A DNA stretch of 64,000 nt from contig OY759353.1 of assembly GCA_963662315.1 (NCBI GenBank), forward strand, positions 1,664,001 to 1,728,000, written 5' to 3'. Below are positions 18,953 to 28,351 of the stretch, piece after piece. The notes below the pieces were generated by a model, which had not been told where the DNA came from, searched no databases, and was given only the letters and a program-made list of their open reading frames with translations. Positions within the stretch are counted from its first letter, which is position 1; every line of letters begins with the position of its first letter. The DNA is from Geopsychrobacteraceae bacterium. Its GTDB lineage: Bacteria; Desulfobacterota; Desulfuromonadia; Desulfuromonadales; Geopsychrobacteraceae. A program made the position numbers and the translations under genes.

Positions 18953-20365
18953 ATGTCAGATAATAGCTATGACTTAATCGTTCTCGGAGCTGGGCCCGGT
19001 GGCTATGTTGCGGCCATCAGGGCTGCTCAGCTCGGGTTTAAGGTTGTCGTTGTTGAAAAACGGGCAACCCTTGGCGGAGTCTGTCTGAATGAGGGATGTA
19101 TCCCAAGTAAGGCTCTGCTTGAATCGAGTGAACACGTCGCTGCAGCCAGGCATGAATTCGCCGAGCACGGTATCAGCGTCGGTGATGTCACATTTGACCT
19201 GACCAAAATGATGGCGCGGAAGGACGACATTATCAGCAAACTGACGGGCGGTATTGCCGGCCTGTTCAAGAAAAACAAAATCTCTACACTTACTGGCACG
19301 GCAAAATTGCTTGCCAGCAGCACAGCGAATAAAAAAGTTGAGGTTTCAGGCCCGGACGGAACGCTGGAAATTTCAGCGCAGGCCGTCTTGTTGGCGACCG
19401 GAAGCGAAGCCTTTGAACTGCCTCATCTCCCCTTTGACGGTGAATACGTCATTAATGCCCGTGATGCCCTGAGCCTGAAAGAGGTTCCAGAGCACCTGCT
19501 GGTTGTTGGTGGTGGTGTTATCGGCCTGGAGATGGGGTCGGTCTGGAGCCGCCTGGGGGCCAAGGTGACGGTGGTAGAAATGCTCCCTCAGATCATTCCG
19601 ACAGCCGATGCACAGATTGCCCAAACCCTGCAGCACAGTCTGAAAAAACAGGGGATTGAAATTCTGACCAAAACCAAGCTAGAAAAAATGGAAAAAACCG
19701 ACACCGGGCTGGTTGCCACCATCAGTAATGACAAAGACAAAGAAACCATCTCCTGCGACAAAATTCTTGTTGCCACCGGACGCCGAGCCCAGACGGCCGG
19801 ACTGGGTCTGGAAGCCGTCGGCCTCGAACCAAACCGTCAGGGACAACTTGAAGTCGATGAGAATTATCAGACCAAGGTGGCCGGTATCTATGCCATCGGC
19901 GACCTGGTTCCCGGCCCGATGCTGGCCCACAAAGCCAGTGAAGAAGGGGTGGTGTTTGCCGAGCGACTGGCGGGCCAGAAATCGAAAGTTCATTACAACA
20001 CGGTGCCTGCCGTCACCTACACTTCTCCAGAAGTTGCCCAGGTTGGCTACAGTGAAAATGACCTGAAAGAAAAGGATATTCCGTTCAAAACAGGTAAATT
20101 CTTTTTCTCAGCCAATGGCCGCGCTCTGTGCACCGGCATGAGTGACGGTTTTGTCAAGGTCCTGGCTGACCCTGACTCAGGACGTATTCATGGGGTCCAT
20201 ATCATTGGACCTCACGCGTCAGAACTGATCGCCGAAGCGGCGACAGTTATCTCTTTTGCCGGCAGCATTCATGACCTGGCGGTGACCTGCCATGCCCACC
20301 CGACACTTGCCGAAGCAATTAAAGAGGCAGCTCTGGCAGTAAACAAAGAAGCGATTCACGCCTGA
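18953..20365 (+). CDS. lpdA: Dihydrolipoyl dehydrogenase (E3)
   Basis: GAGPGGY, GGVCLNEGCIPSK, GPMLAHKA and HAHPTLAE. Confidence 0.97.
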   Translation: MSDNSYDLIVLGAGPGGYVAAIRAAQLGFKVVVVEKRATLGGVCLNEGCIPSKALLESSEHVAAARHEFAEHGISVGDVTFDLTKMMARKDDIISKLTGGIAGLFKKNKISTLTGTAKLLASSTANKKVEVSGPDGTLEISAQAVLLATGSEAFELPHLPFDGEYVINARDALSLKEVPEHLLVVGGGVIGLEMGSVWSRLGAKVTVVEMLPQIIPTADAQIAQTLQHSLKKQGIEILTKTKLEKMEKTDTGLVATISNDKDKETISCDKILVATGRRAQTAGLGLEAVGLEPNRQGQLEVDENYQTKVAGIYAIGDLVPGPMLAHKASEEGVVFAERLAGQKSKVHYNTVPAVTYTSPEVAQVGYSENDLKEKDIPFKTGKFFFSANGRALCTGMSDGFVKVLADPDSGRIHGVHIIGPHASELIAEAATVISFAGSIHDLAVTCHAHPTLAEAIKEAALAVNKEAIHA

Positions 20366-20410
20366 GTCCTTGACAAACAAAAACGTACGACAGACAATTG
20401 GCTTCATTAT

Positions 20411-20440
20411 TCAGGGCAGCACCTCGCTGCCCTGATTTGT
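20411..20440 (+). terminator. Probable terminator after lpdA
   Basis: TCAGGGCAGC-acctc-GCTGCCCTGA followed by TTTGT. Confidence 0.6.
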
Positions 20441-20512
20441 TGCAGCAGGTATATTTCAAAATTGTGCAACCAATTGTAAAGTCATCTGTTCATTAATTCA
20501 TGGAGTTACGTT

Positions 20513-21811
20513 TTGAAGTCACTGAAAAAACTATTTTTGCTGATTATCGTTGTCACCATCTGCACCGGGGGATTTTTCTACTTTCGAGACACTGAAGGCC
20601 CGCAATTCACCTTGACCCCTGGCACAGGTCCAATCTCCCAAAAGACCAAGCTGTTACTCTCCCTGCAGGATTCAGGGATGGGACTGAAAAACGCCAAAGT
20701 CACCATTATTCAGGGGAACAGCAGCAACACCCTGGTCCAACGTGACTTTCCGGTTCCCGTTCCAAGCACGGATCTAGAAATTGATCTGAGTTCTCTCAAA
20801 CTGAATGAAGGCGGAATCCAGATTGAGATTGCAGCTACCGACGGAGCCATCTATCACTTCGGTCAAGGCAATGTCACTGTTCAGACCTTCAATATGACTT
20901 ATGACAGTCGGCCACCGATTATTTCTGTATTGAGCAAAGCCCACAACTTCACCAAGGGTGGGAGCGGTCTGGTGACGTTTACCGCCAACGAAGAAATACA
21001 AAATGCCGGCGTCCAGTTTGGCAATCTCTTTTTCCCGGCGTATCAACAGGCTTCCGGGAATTACGCCTGCCTGTTCCCCTACCCCTATTTCAGCACCAGC
21101 AAAGAGTTTGTCCCCCGGGTGGTTGCCAGTGATTTAGCAGGTAATGAGCGCCAGACGGGTATTTATTACCACACCAACAACAAAAAATTCCGCGATCGCA
21201 GAATCAATATTTCAAAATCATTTCTCGACATGAAAACTCCGGAGTTTGAAGCTCTGGCACCCAACGCCCAAACGCCTCTGGATATCTTCCTTTATGTCAA
21301 CCGTGAAGTGCGCAAGGCCAACCGGGCAAAAATGGCTGAATTGTCCAAACAAACATCCCCGACACCTTTATGGCAGGGGAGCTTTATGCGCCAACCAAAA
21401 GCTGCTCCACTGGCCCAGTTTGCTGACCACCGGGACTATTATTATGAAGGCAAGAAAATTGATGAAGCCTATCACCTTGGCTTCGATCTGGCCTCTGTCG
21501 CCCAGGCTGAAATTTTTGCCAGCAATACAGGTAAAGTCGTTTGGGCGGAGTATCTTGGCATTTACGGTCTGTGTGTTGTTATCGACCATGGATTGGGACT
21601 GCAAACCCTTTATGCCCACATGAGCCAATTAACTGTTCAAGCGGGAGACAATGTTGTCCGTGGTCAGACGATCGGCCACAGTGGTGCCACCGGTATGGCT
21701 GGTGGAGATCACCTGCACTTTGGCGTATTCTTGGCCGGCGTACCGGTACAACCGGTTGAGTGGTGGGACCAGAGTTGGCTGGACAACAATATTGACAGCA
21801 AACTTAAGTAA
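20513..21811 (+). CDS. M23 family metallopeptidase, membrane-anchored
   Basis: N-terminal TM; HLGFD, DHGLGLQTLYAHM and GDHLHF zinc motifs; TTG start after GGAG. Confidence 0.92.
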   Translation: MKSLKKLFLLIIVVTICTGGFFYFRDTEGPQFTLTPGTGPISQKTKLLLSLQDSGMGLKNAKVTIIQGNSSNTLVQRDFPVPVPSTDLEIDLSSLKLNEGGIQIEIAATDGAIYHFGQGNVTVQTFNMTYDSRPPIISVLSKAHNFTKGGSGLVTFTANEEIQNAGVQFGNLFFPAYQQASGNYACLFPYPYFSTSKEFVPRVVASDLAGNERQTGIYYHTNNKKFRDRRINISKSFLDMKTPEFEALAPNAQTPLDIFLYVNREVRKANRAKMAELSKQTSPTPLWQGSFMRQPKAAPLAQFADHRDYYYEGKKIDEAYHLGFDLASVAQAEIFASNTGKVVWAEYLGIYGLCVVIDHGLGLQTLYAHMSQLTVQAGDNVVRGQTIGHSGATGMAGGDHLHFGVFLAGVPVQPVEWWDQSWLDNNIDSKLK

Positions 21812-21907
21812 AGCTCGTTAATTCAGTCCTGCTTGACAGGCTTCAGACGCTGAGCTAAATATCGTATTTAAAACCTAAATTCCGAGTTTCCAAGAAAGGT
21901 GTCATTG

Positions 21908-22984
21908 ATGAAAAAAGCTATCGTGTTAATGTTGATTGGATTGGCTTTTTGCTTAAGCAGTCAGGCCTTTGCCGGCAAACCTGCAGAAAAGATCAAGGCA
22001 GGATTCATTTACGTTGGGCCAGTCGGTGACGCCGGCTGGACTTACGCCCATGACCAGGGTCGTCAGGCCATGGAAAAGCTGCCTTACGTTGAACCATCTA
22101 CCTTTATTGAATCAGTTCCAGAAGGAGCAGAATCAACGCGCGTTATCAGAGGGCTGGTGAACCGCGGCCATAACGTGATTTTTACCACCAGTTTTGGATA
22201 CATGGATGCAACAATCGATGTAGCCAAACGTTTCCCTGAAGTTGTTTTCATGCATTGTTCCGGCTTTAAAACCGCTGACAACGTTGGCACCTACTTTGGC
22301 AGAATGTATGAACCACGCTACCTGTCAGGTATTGTAGCCGGTGAAATGACCAAAAAGAATATCATCGGCTATGTTGCCGCCTTCCCGATTCCGGAAGTTA
22401 TTCGCGGGATCAATGCTTTTACCTTGGGCGTCCGCAGCGTCAACCCAAATGCAGAGGTTCGTGTTGTCTGGACCCAGACCTGGTTTGATCCGGCAATAGA
22501 AAGAGATGCGGCTGACAGTCTGCTGGATGTAGGCGCCGACATTCTGACCATGCATCAGGATGCCCCAGCAACCCTGCAAGCCGCTGAAGCACGCGGGGCC
22601 TACGTCATTGGCTATGACACCGATATGCGCAGCTTTGCGCCGAACTCTTTCCTGACCGCCCCGGTCTGGAACTGGGCTGCTCTCTACACCAAGATTGCAG
22701 AAGAAGTTCACAACGGCACCTGGAAATCAGAGCAGATCTGGGATGGCATGAAACAGAACCTGGTTGGTCTGGCAGAATTCAGTGACAAAGTTCCAGCCAA
22801 GACTAAAGCAGATGTTGAAAAAAAAGCAGCTGAAATTATTGCTGGCACCCTACACCCCTTCGGCGGTCCACTGAGGGATCAATCCGGCAAAGAGATTGTC
22901 CCCGTCGGACAGGTTCTAAGTGATGGAGACCTCCTTGGTATGAATTTCTTTGTAGAAGGTGTACAAGGGACAATTCCCAACTAG
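21908..22984 (+). CDS. BMP-family ABC transporter substrate-binding protein (purine/nucleoside)
   Basis: Signal peptide; GFIYVGPVGDAGWTYAHDQG, TTSFGYMD and PIPEVIRGINAFTLG; TTGACA at 21833 upstream. Confidence 0.92.
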   Translation: MKKAIVLMLIGLAFCLSSQAFAGKPAEKIKAGFIYVGPVGDAGWTYAHDQGRQAMEKLPYVEPSTFIESVPEGAESTRVIRGLVNRGHNVIFTTSFGYMDATIDVAKRFPEVVFMHCSGFKTADNVGTYFGRMYEPRYLSGIVAGEMTKKNIIGYVAAFPIPEVIRGINAFTLGVRSVNPNAEVRVVWTQTWFDPAIERDAADSLLDVGADILTMHQDAPATLQAAEARGAYVIGYDTDMRSFAPNSFLTAPVWNWAALYTKIAEEVHNGTWKSEQIWDGMKQNLVGLAEFSDKVPAKTKADVEKKAAEIIAGTLHPFGGPLRDQSGKEIVPVGQVLSDGDLLGMNFFVEGVQGTIPN

Positions 22985-23107
22985 TGTCGAAGCTGAAGAC
23001 ATCCAGCAACAACCTGCTGTACTCAACAGTTTAACGAACCACCTTCGGGTATCAGCGGCATGACTACACATCTCTGCAGCCATGCCGCTGAAGCCACACA
23101 CTTCAGC

Positions 23108-24625
23108 ATGAGTCATCTTCTTAAAATCAATAATATTCGTAAAACCTTTCCTGGGGTCATTGCACTTGATAACGTTTCGTTCAGTGTCATGCCCGGAGAA
23201 ATTCATACTTTGTTGGGAGAAAACGGTGCCGGAAAAAGTACCCTGATGAATGTCCTGACCGGCCTCTATCATCCTGATCGTGGCGATATCGAGTTTTCCG
23301 GTGCAAAAGTTCACTTTACCAGCCCGAGAGATTCCATGGCCTGTGGTATCGGCATGGTTCACCAGCACTTCATGCTGGTTCCTGCTCATTCGGTATTTGA
23401 AAATATCCTGCTCGCCTTGGATGGTGTCCCGAACTTCTATAATCGCAAAGCATACAAGCAAAAGATTGCGGTTTTGATCAAAGAATTTGAACTTGACCTC
23501 GATCTGGATACGCCGGTCTGGAAGCTCTCTATCGGTGCCCAGCAGTGGATTGAGTTGATCAAGTTGCTGATGCGTGATTGTCGGTTATTAATTCTGGATG
23601 AACCAACTGCGGTGTTGACTCCACAGGAGGCTGATCGCCTGTTTACAGTGCTCGCAAAACTGAAAGAGCGGGGGAAAAGTATTATTTTTATTTCTCATAA
23701 AATGCGTGAAGTTATGGAAATCTCGGATCGCGTTACCATCCTCAAAAAGGGTTGCAGCGTGGCAACCTTGTGCCGAGGAGACTTTGATGAAAATCGCCTG
23801 GCTGCGTTGATGATCGGGGAAGACAAGATTCCGGAATGGCAGAAAAACCTGCAGATGTCCGATGAAATCGTCCTTAAAATCAGCAAACTAAGCGTTCGCA
23901 ATGATCGTGGCCTGGCCGACCTTGATGGCTTTGATCTGGAGTTGAAAGCAGGGGAAATCCTTGGCGTCGCTGGCGTCGCTGGCAATGGCCAGAAAGCCCT
24001 GGCTGAAGTTCTGACGGGGCTGAAGAACGCATCCTCTGGAAGGATTTATGCCGGCAGTGAAGACATCACCAACAGTGACGCGCGCTATTCCTATGTGGCC
24101 GGGATTGCCCACATTCCTGAGGATCGCAAAGCAATCGGCATTGCACCCGATATGAGCGTTGATGAAAACCTGATTATGAAGAGCTTTAAAAACGGTTCTT
24201 TCCGTACCTGGATCTTTCAGGACCGCAAAGCAATCCGCCGTAATGCCGCAGAAAAAATTGAACAGTTTGCCATTAAAGCAGGTCCAGACGGCACTCCGGT
24301 ACGTTATTTGTCTGGAGGCAATATTCAGAAAGTCATTATTGCCCGTGAACTCTCGGAAGATCCTAAAGTTTTGGTCGCCCTCTATCCAACCAGAGGCCTT
24401 GATATCGGCAGCGCAGAATACGTGCATAAAGTCATCGCCGATGGCTGTGGCCGGGGCATGAGTACCATTCTTATTTCTGAAGATCTCGATGAATTACTGA
24501 AACTCAGTGACCGCATCGCGGTCATGTTTCGTGGCCGCCTCATCGGTTACGTCGATCCACGCCACACCAGCAGGGAGGAAATCGGCCTGATGATGAGCGG
24601 TGAACAGCAGGAGCATTTGGCATGA
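23108..24625 (+). CDS. Nucleoside/purine ABC transporter ATP-binding protein (two NBDs)
   Basis: GENGAGKST, LILDEPT, GVAGNGQ, LSGGNIQK and PTRGLD; start uncertain (23060 or 23108). Confidence 0.93.
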   Translation: MSHLLKINNIRKTFPGVIALDNVSFSVMPGEIHTLLGENGAGKSTLMNVLTGLYHPDRGDIEFSGAKVHFTSPRDSMACGIGMVHQHFMLVPAHSVFENILLALDGVPNFYNRKAYKQKIAVLIKEFELDLDLDTPVWKLSIGAQQWIELIKLLMRDCRLLILDEPTAVLTPQEADRLFTVLAKLKERGKSIIFISHKMREVMEISDRVTILKKGCSVATLCRGDFDENRLAALMIGEDKIPEWQKNLQMSDEIVLKISKLSVRNDRGLADLDGFDLELKAGEILGVAGVAGNGQKALAEVLTGLKNASSGRIYAGSEDITNSDARYSYVAGIAHIPEDRKAIGIAPDMSVDENLIMKSFKNGSFRTWIFQDRKAIRRNAAEKIEQFAIKAGPDGTPVRYLSGGNIQKVIIARELSEDPKVLVALYPTRGLDIGSAEYVHKVIADGCGRGMSTILISEDLDELLKLSDRIAVMFRGRLIGYVDPRHTSREEIGLMMSGEQQEHLA

Positions 24626-25692
24626 AATTCGTCATTGAACGGCGTGAAATTTCATCGCCATTATTCCGCTTCAGTGCCCCCCTTGTTTCCATTGCTGTCG
24701 CATTGTTTATCGCCGGTTTCTTGCTTCTGGCCGGACATATCAATCCTCTCGAAGCATACCGGGAAATCATTTTTGAAGCCCTCGGTACAACATATGGTCT
24801 TTCCGAGACCTTAGTTAAAACCACGCCGTTAATCTTTGCCGGCCTGGGTGTCAGTGTCGCCTTCCGCATGCAGATCTGGAATATCGGCGCCGAAGGGCAA
24901 CTTTACATGGGAGCAATGGGGGCAACCTGGGTCGCCCTGTTTTCAGGTATTCAGAATCACTGGCTCATGCTTGCTGCCATGTTTATTGTCGCTTTCTTTG
25001 CAGGAGGTCTATGGGCCGGAGTTGCCGGATTTTTACGGGCACGCTGGCAAGTCAACGAAGTTATCGTCACATTACTGATGAACTACATTGCCATTCTCTG
25101 GGTTGACTACCTGGTCTATGGTCCCTGGAAAGACCCTAAAGGGTTTAATTTTCCATTGACGGCCCAGTTTACCGACAGTGCCCGTCTGGCTGAATATTTT
25201 AACACCCGGCTTCATAGTGGTTTTTTTGTTGCGCTGTTTTGTGCACTGCTTCTCTACCTTTTTATGGAACGTACCGTCTGGGGCTATGAAATCAAGGTGA
25301 TCGGCAGCAATCCTAAAGCCGCACAATACGCTGGCATGAGAACCGGTGTTGCCATCTTTACCGTGCTGTTTTTAAGTGGCGCTATTGCCGGTCTGGCAGG
25401 ATTCAGCGAAGTTGCCGGCCTACAGCATCGCCTGCAGCATGGCATTTCCCCTGGCTACGGCTATACGGCAATTATCGTCGCCTGGCTGGCGAAACGCAGT
25501 GCTATCGGTGTTGTCATTGTTTCGTTTTTGATGGGCGTTCTGCTAGTCGGAGGAGACAGCCTGCAGCTCATGTGGCAATTACCAGTTGCCTTTGTCTACG
25601 CCTTTCAGGGCCTCATTCTGTTTTGCCTATTGGCCTCAGATTTTTTTATTATTTATCGCCCACGCCTGATAAGGAGCATCCCCCATGCTTGA
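24622..25692 (+). CDS. ABC transporter permease (nucleoside type)
   Basis: NIGAEGQL, NEVIVTLLMNY and GYGYTAIIVA; overlaps its neighbours. Confidence 0.92.
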   Translation: MKFVIERREISSPLFRFSAPLVSIAVALFIAGFLLLAGHINPLEAYREIIFEALGTTYGLSETLVKTTPLIFAGLGVSVAFRMQIWNIGAEGQLYMGAMGATWVALFSGIQNHWLMLAAMFIVAFFAGGLWAGVAGFLRARWQVNEVIVTLLMNYIAILWVDYLVYGPWKDPKGFNFPLTAQFTDSARLAEYFNTRLHSGFFVALFCALLLYLFMERTVWGYEIKVIGSNPKAAQYAGMRTGVAIFTVLFLSGAIAGLAGFSEVAGLQHRLQHGISPGYGYTAIIVAWLAKRSAIGVVIVSFLMGVLLVGGDSLQLMWQLPVAFVYAFQGLILFCLLASDFFIIYRPRLIRSIPHA

Positions 25693-26605
25693 AATCCTTC
25701 TCGATGCCACCGTCCGAGCGGGTACGCCAATTTTATTTGCAACCCTGGGGGCTATCATCAATGAACGCGCCGGAATTATTAATCTTGGCATCGAAGGGCT
25801 GATGCTCATCGGTGCTTTAGCGGGTTTTTCGGGAACCTTTGTCAGCGGATCATTATTTATCGGTATTATCTGCGCTTTTGCCGCAACCTTTGTTGCTGGA
25901 AGCATTCATGCCTTTATTACGGTACAGTTACGGGGCAACCAGATCGTCAGTGGCCTGGCTTTAACTATGTTCGGCATCGGCATTACCGCGCTGTTCGGCA
26001 AACCAATGGTCGGCCAGACTATTTCAGGCTTTGAGCGGATTGCCATTCCAGGCCTGGCACAGTTGCCGGGAATCGGTAAAGCTCTTTTCAATCAGGACAT
26101 CTTGATCTATCTGAGTTTTGCCCTGGTCTATCTGATCTGGTACTTTTTTTACCGGACCCGCTCCGGATTAGCCTTGCGCACAGTCGGTGAAAATCCTGCA
26201 GCGGCAGATACCTGTGGCGTCTCCGTGACCAAATATCGTTTTTTGGCCGTTACCCTCGGATCTGGGCTGGTCGGTATTGGCGGAGCTTACCTGAGTCTCG
26301 CCAGCACCCCTATGTGGATAGAAAACATGACGGCCGGACGCGGTTGGATTGCTGTGGCCTTAGTCATATTCGCCGGCTGGTCAAGCCCGCGGGCATTATT
26401 CGGAGCTTATCTGTTCGGTGGCATCACAGCCATGCAGTTGCGCTTTCAGGCTATGGGAACTACAATCAGCGCACACATACTACAAATGCTCCCCTATTTT
26501 TTTACCATCGTCGTTCTGGTTATTTCGACATTACGCCTGCAAAAAGGTGCGAGTCAGCAACCGGAAAGTCTTGGCCTGCCATATGATCGAGAGGACCGCA
26601 AATGA
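25685..26605 (+). CDS. ABC transporter permease (nucleoside type)
   Basis: ERAGIINLGIEG, GENPAAAD, GRGWIAVALV and LPY motifs. Confidence 0.92.
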   Translation: MLEILLDATVRAGTPILFATLGAIINERAGIINLGIEGLMLIGALAGFSGTFVSGSLFIGIICAFAATFVAGSIHAFITVQLRGNQIVSGLALTMFGIGITALFGKPMVGQTISGFERIAIPGLAQLPGIGKALFNQDILIYLSFALVYLIWYFFYRTRSGLALRTVGENPAAADTCGVSVTKYRFLAVTLGSGLVGIGGAYLSLASTPMWIENMTAGRGWIAVALVIFAGWSSPRALFGAYLFGGITAMQLRFQAMGTTISAHILQMLPYFFTIVVLVISTLRLQKGASQQPESLGLPYDREDRK

Positions 26606-27126
26606 CCGTAGCGCAGATATTATTGAACAGAATCAAACAGGATGGATCGATCAACGGTGAAGTGATTAAGGTCGATCGATTTTTGAATCATATGGTTGAT
26701 CCGTGCCTCATGCAGCAGCTTGGCGATGACCTTGCTGCACGTTTTGCCGACCAGCAGATTTCCGTCATCCTGACCGCTGAAACAAGCGGTATTATGCTTG
26801 CTCAGGCAATCGCCCTGCACCTTGGCGTCCCCTTCATTTATGCCAAGAAGAAACGTCCCATCACCATGACTGAATACTTCGCCGCCGCCAGCTACTCCTT
26901 TACCAAACAGGAGTCCACCACTCTTTATGTTTCCAAAGAGGTGCTAACTGCTACAGACCGGGTGTTATTTGTTGATGACTTCTTGGCCAAAGGATCAACG
27001 CACAAGGCCATCAATGAAATCATCAGCCAAGCACAGGCGACCATGGTAGGAACAGCGGTAATTATCAATAAATCGAATCGGCGGGATGTTGAATCTATTT
27101 TAACGCTTGAGGACCTGCAAAGCTGA
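26602..27126 (+). CDS. xpt: Xanthine phosphoribosyltransferase (Xpt-type)
   Basis: IKVDRFLNH, TAETSGI, YSFTK and PRPP loop VLFVDDFLAKG; overlaps the last permease. Confidence 0.85.
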   Translation: MTVAQILLNRIKQDGSINGEVIKVDRFLNHMVDPCLMQQLGDDLAARFADQQISVILTAETSGIMLAQAIALHLGVPFIYAKKKRPITMTEYFAAASYSFTKQESTTLYVSKEVLTATDRVLFVDDFLAKGSTHKAINEIISQAQATMVGTAVIINKSNRRDVESILTLEDLQS

Positions 27127-27140
27127 GCTGCACCAATAGC

Positions 27141-27170
27141 AAAGGAGCTGCGTTGGCAGCTCCTTTATTA
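27141..27170. terminator. Probable bidirectional terminator
   Basis: AAAGGAGCTGC-gttg-GCAGCTCCTTT between convergent genes. Confidence 0.65.
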
Positions 27171-27190
27171 GCACCGAAGACCCAACCTGT

Positions 27191-28225
27191 TTATTTTAGC
27201 CCCTTGATAATTGTTGTCATAAAATCACGTTTTTTCTTTAAGTAGGTAGCGGCTTCAGCAGAGGGTTTGAAATTCGGGATAAAAAATGATTCTTTCTGAA
27301 CTTCCTGAATTTTACCTTCAGTAAAGATCTCTTTCAGCACCTTATCCAGATAATTAACAATTTCGTTGCTGATATTCTTGTTGTAGACAAAGAAATATTC
27401 TTTATCAAAGGTAAAATTCGTTTTCCGGTCATAGGGAATCCAGATATATGGCTCCATATACCTCATCAGTTCGTCCCGGCTGGTTTTCCCAAATCCTTGC
27501 GGGTTAGCATGCTGCATCATTTCTGCCCGAGATGTCAACCAGACAAAGCGCATCCCCTGACGATCGTAAACTGGCAATTTGGTAAATTTCTCATTGACCT
27601 GAACAGAGCCGCTAATTAAGTCAGCCTTGCCTTCAAAAAGAGCCTTATTCTTTGTTTTCTGTGCTTGTGCAGCAAAAACGCGAATCAGGTTCCCTTCCCG
27701 TCCTGGATATTTAGCTTTGATGGCATGCTTTAACGCAGTATAGCCAATTTCAGAAACAGTGCCAGGTGTAACCCCCATACGGACCTGAGTACCGGCACCG
27801 CACGCATCGATAACATCATGGATGGACGCGTATGGAGTGCTCTTGGGAACCAGGTAAGCAATTCCAGGATTGATCGCCAGCAAAGGTCCGATACGATAAT
27901 TGCCGAAAAGATCTTTACGATCTTTAACCCCGTAAAGAAAACCAAGGTAGGCCTGATCATTCCCAATCATCAGCGTCTTGCCATCGGCTCCAGACTCTTC
28001 AAGTGCTGCAAACGCCTCAGCTACACCGGGAGAATCAATCGTTATCTTTACACCCAGCTTTTCTTCCAGCGCCTTGGTAACGATCGAAGAGGATTGAAAC
28101 GTATCACCGGTTAATGATGCGGTAATAACTATACGAATATCCCCGTCAATGGGACCTTTGGCCTGAGCGAAAGACAACAGCACCTGGAACAATATAAAAC
28201 AGGTAAAGAGTATACGAACCATCAT
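27191..28225 (-). CDS. Divergent TctC/Bug-like periplasmic solute-binding protein (no adjacent permease)
   Basis: Signal peptide; ADGKTL and YLVPKSTPYASIHDV echo the Bug motifs PDGYT and VPxDSPY. Confidence 0.6.
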   Translation of the reverse strand: MMVRILFTCFILFQVLLSFAQAKGPIDGDIRIVITASLTGDTFQSSSIVTKALEEKLGVKITIDSPGVAEAFAALEESGADGKTLMIGNDQAYLGFLYGVKDRKDLFGNYRIGPLLAINPGIAYLVPKSTPYASIHDVIDACGAGTQVRMGVTPGTVSEIGYTALKHAIKAKYPGREGNLIRVFAAQAQKTKNKALFEGKADLISGSVQVNEKFTKLPVYDRQGMRFVWLTSRAEMMQHANPQGFGKTSRDELMRYMEPYIWIPYDRKTNFTFDKEYFFVYNKNISNEIVNYLDKVLKEIFTEGKIQEVQKESFFIPNFKPSAEAATYLKKKRDFMTTIIKGLK

Positions 28226-28351
28226 TGAATAAACCCCGAGTTAAGTTGATCGAAAAAACGTACTCAATTTACAGTGACGAGAGCTCAGTAACCCGGGACG
28301 TATCATTCTTCATGAGGTTAGTAAACTCTTTACGATTAACCTGGCAAATAG

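Noticed and set aside
21812..21907. Purine riboswitch upstream of the BMP/xpt operon
   Set aside because: CGTAT and GAGTTTC are superficially similar, but the leader is too short and lacks the three-stem junction.
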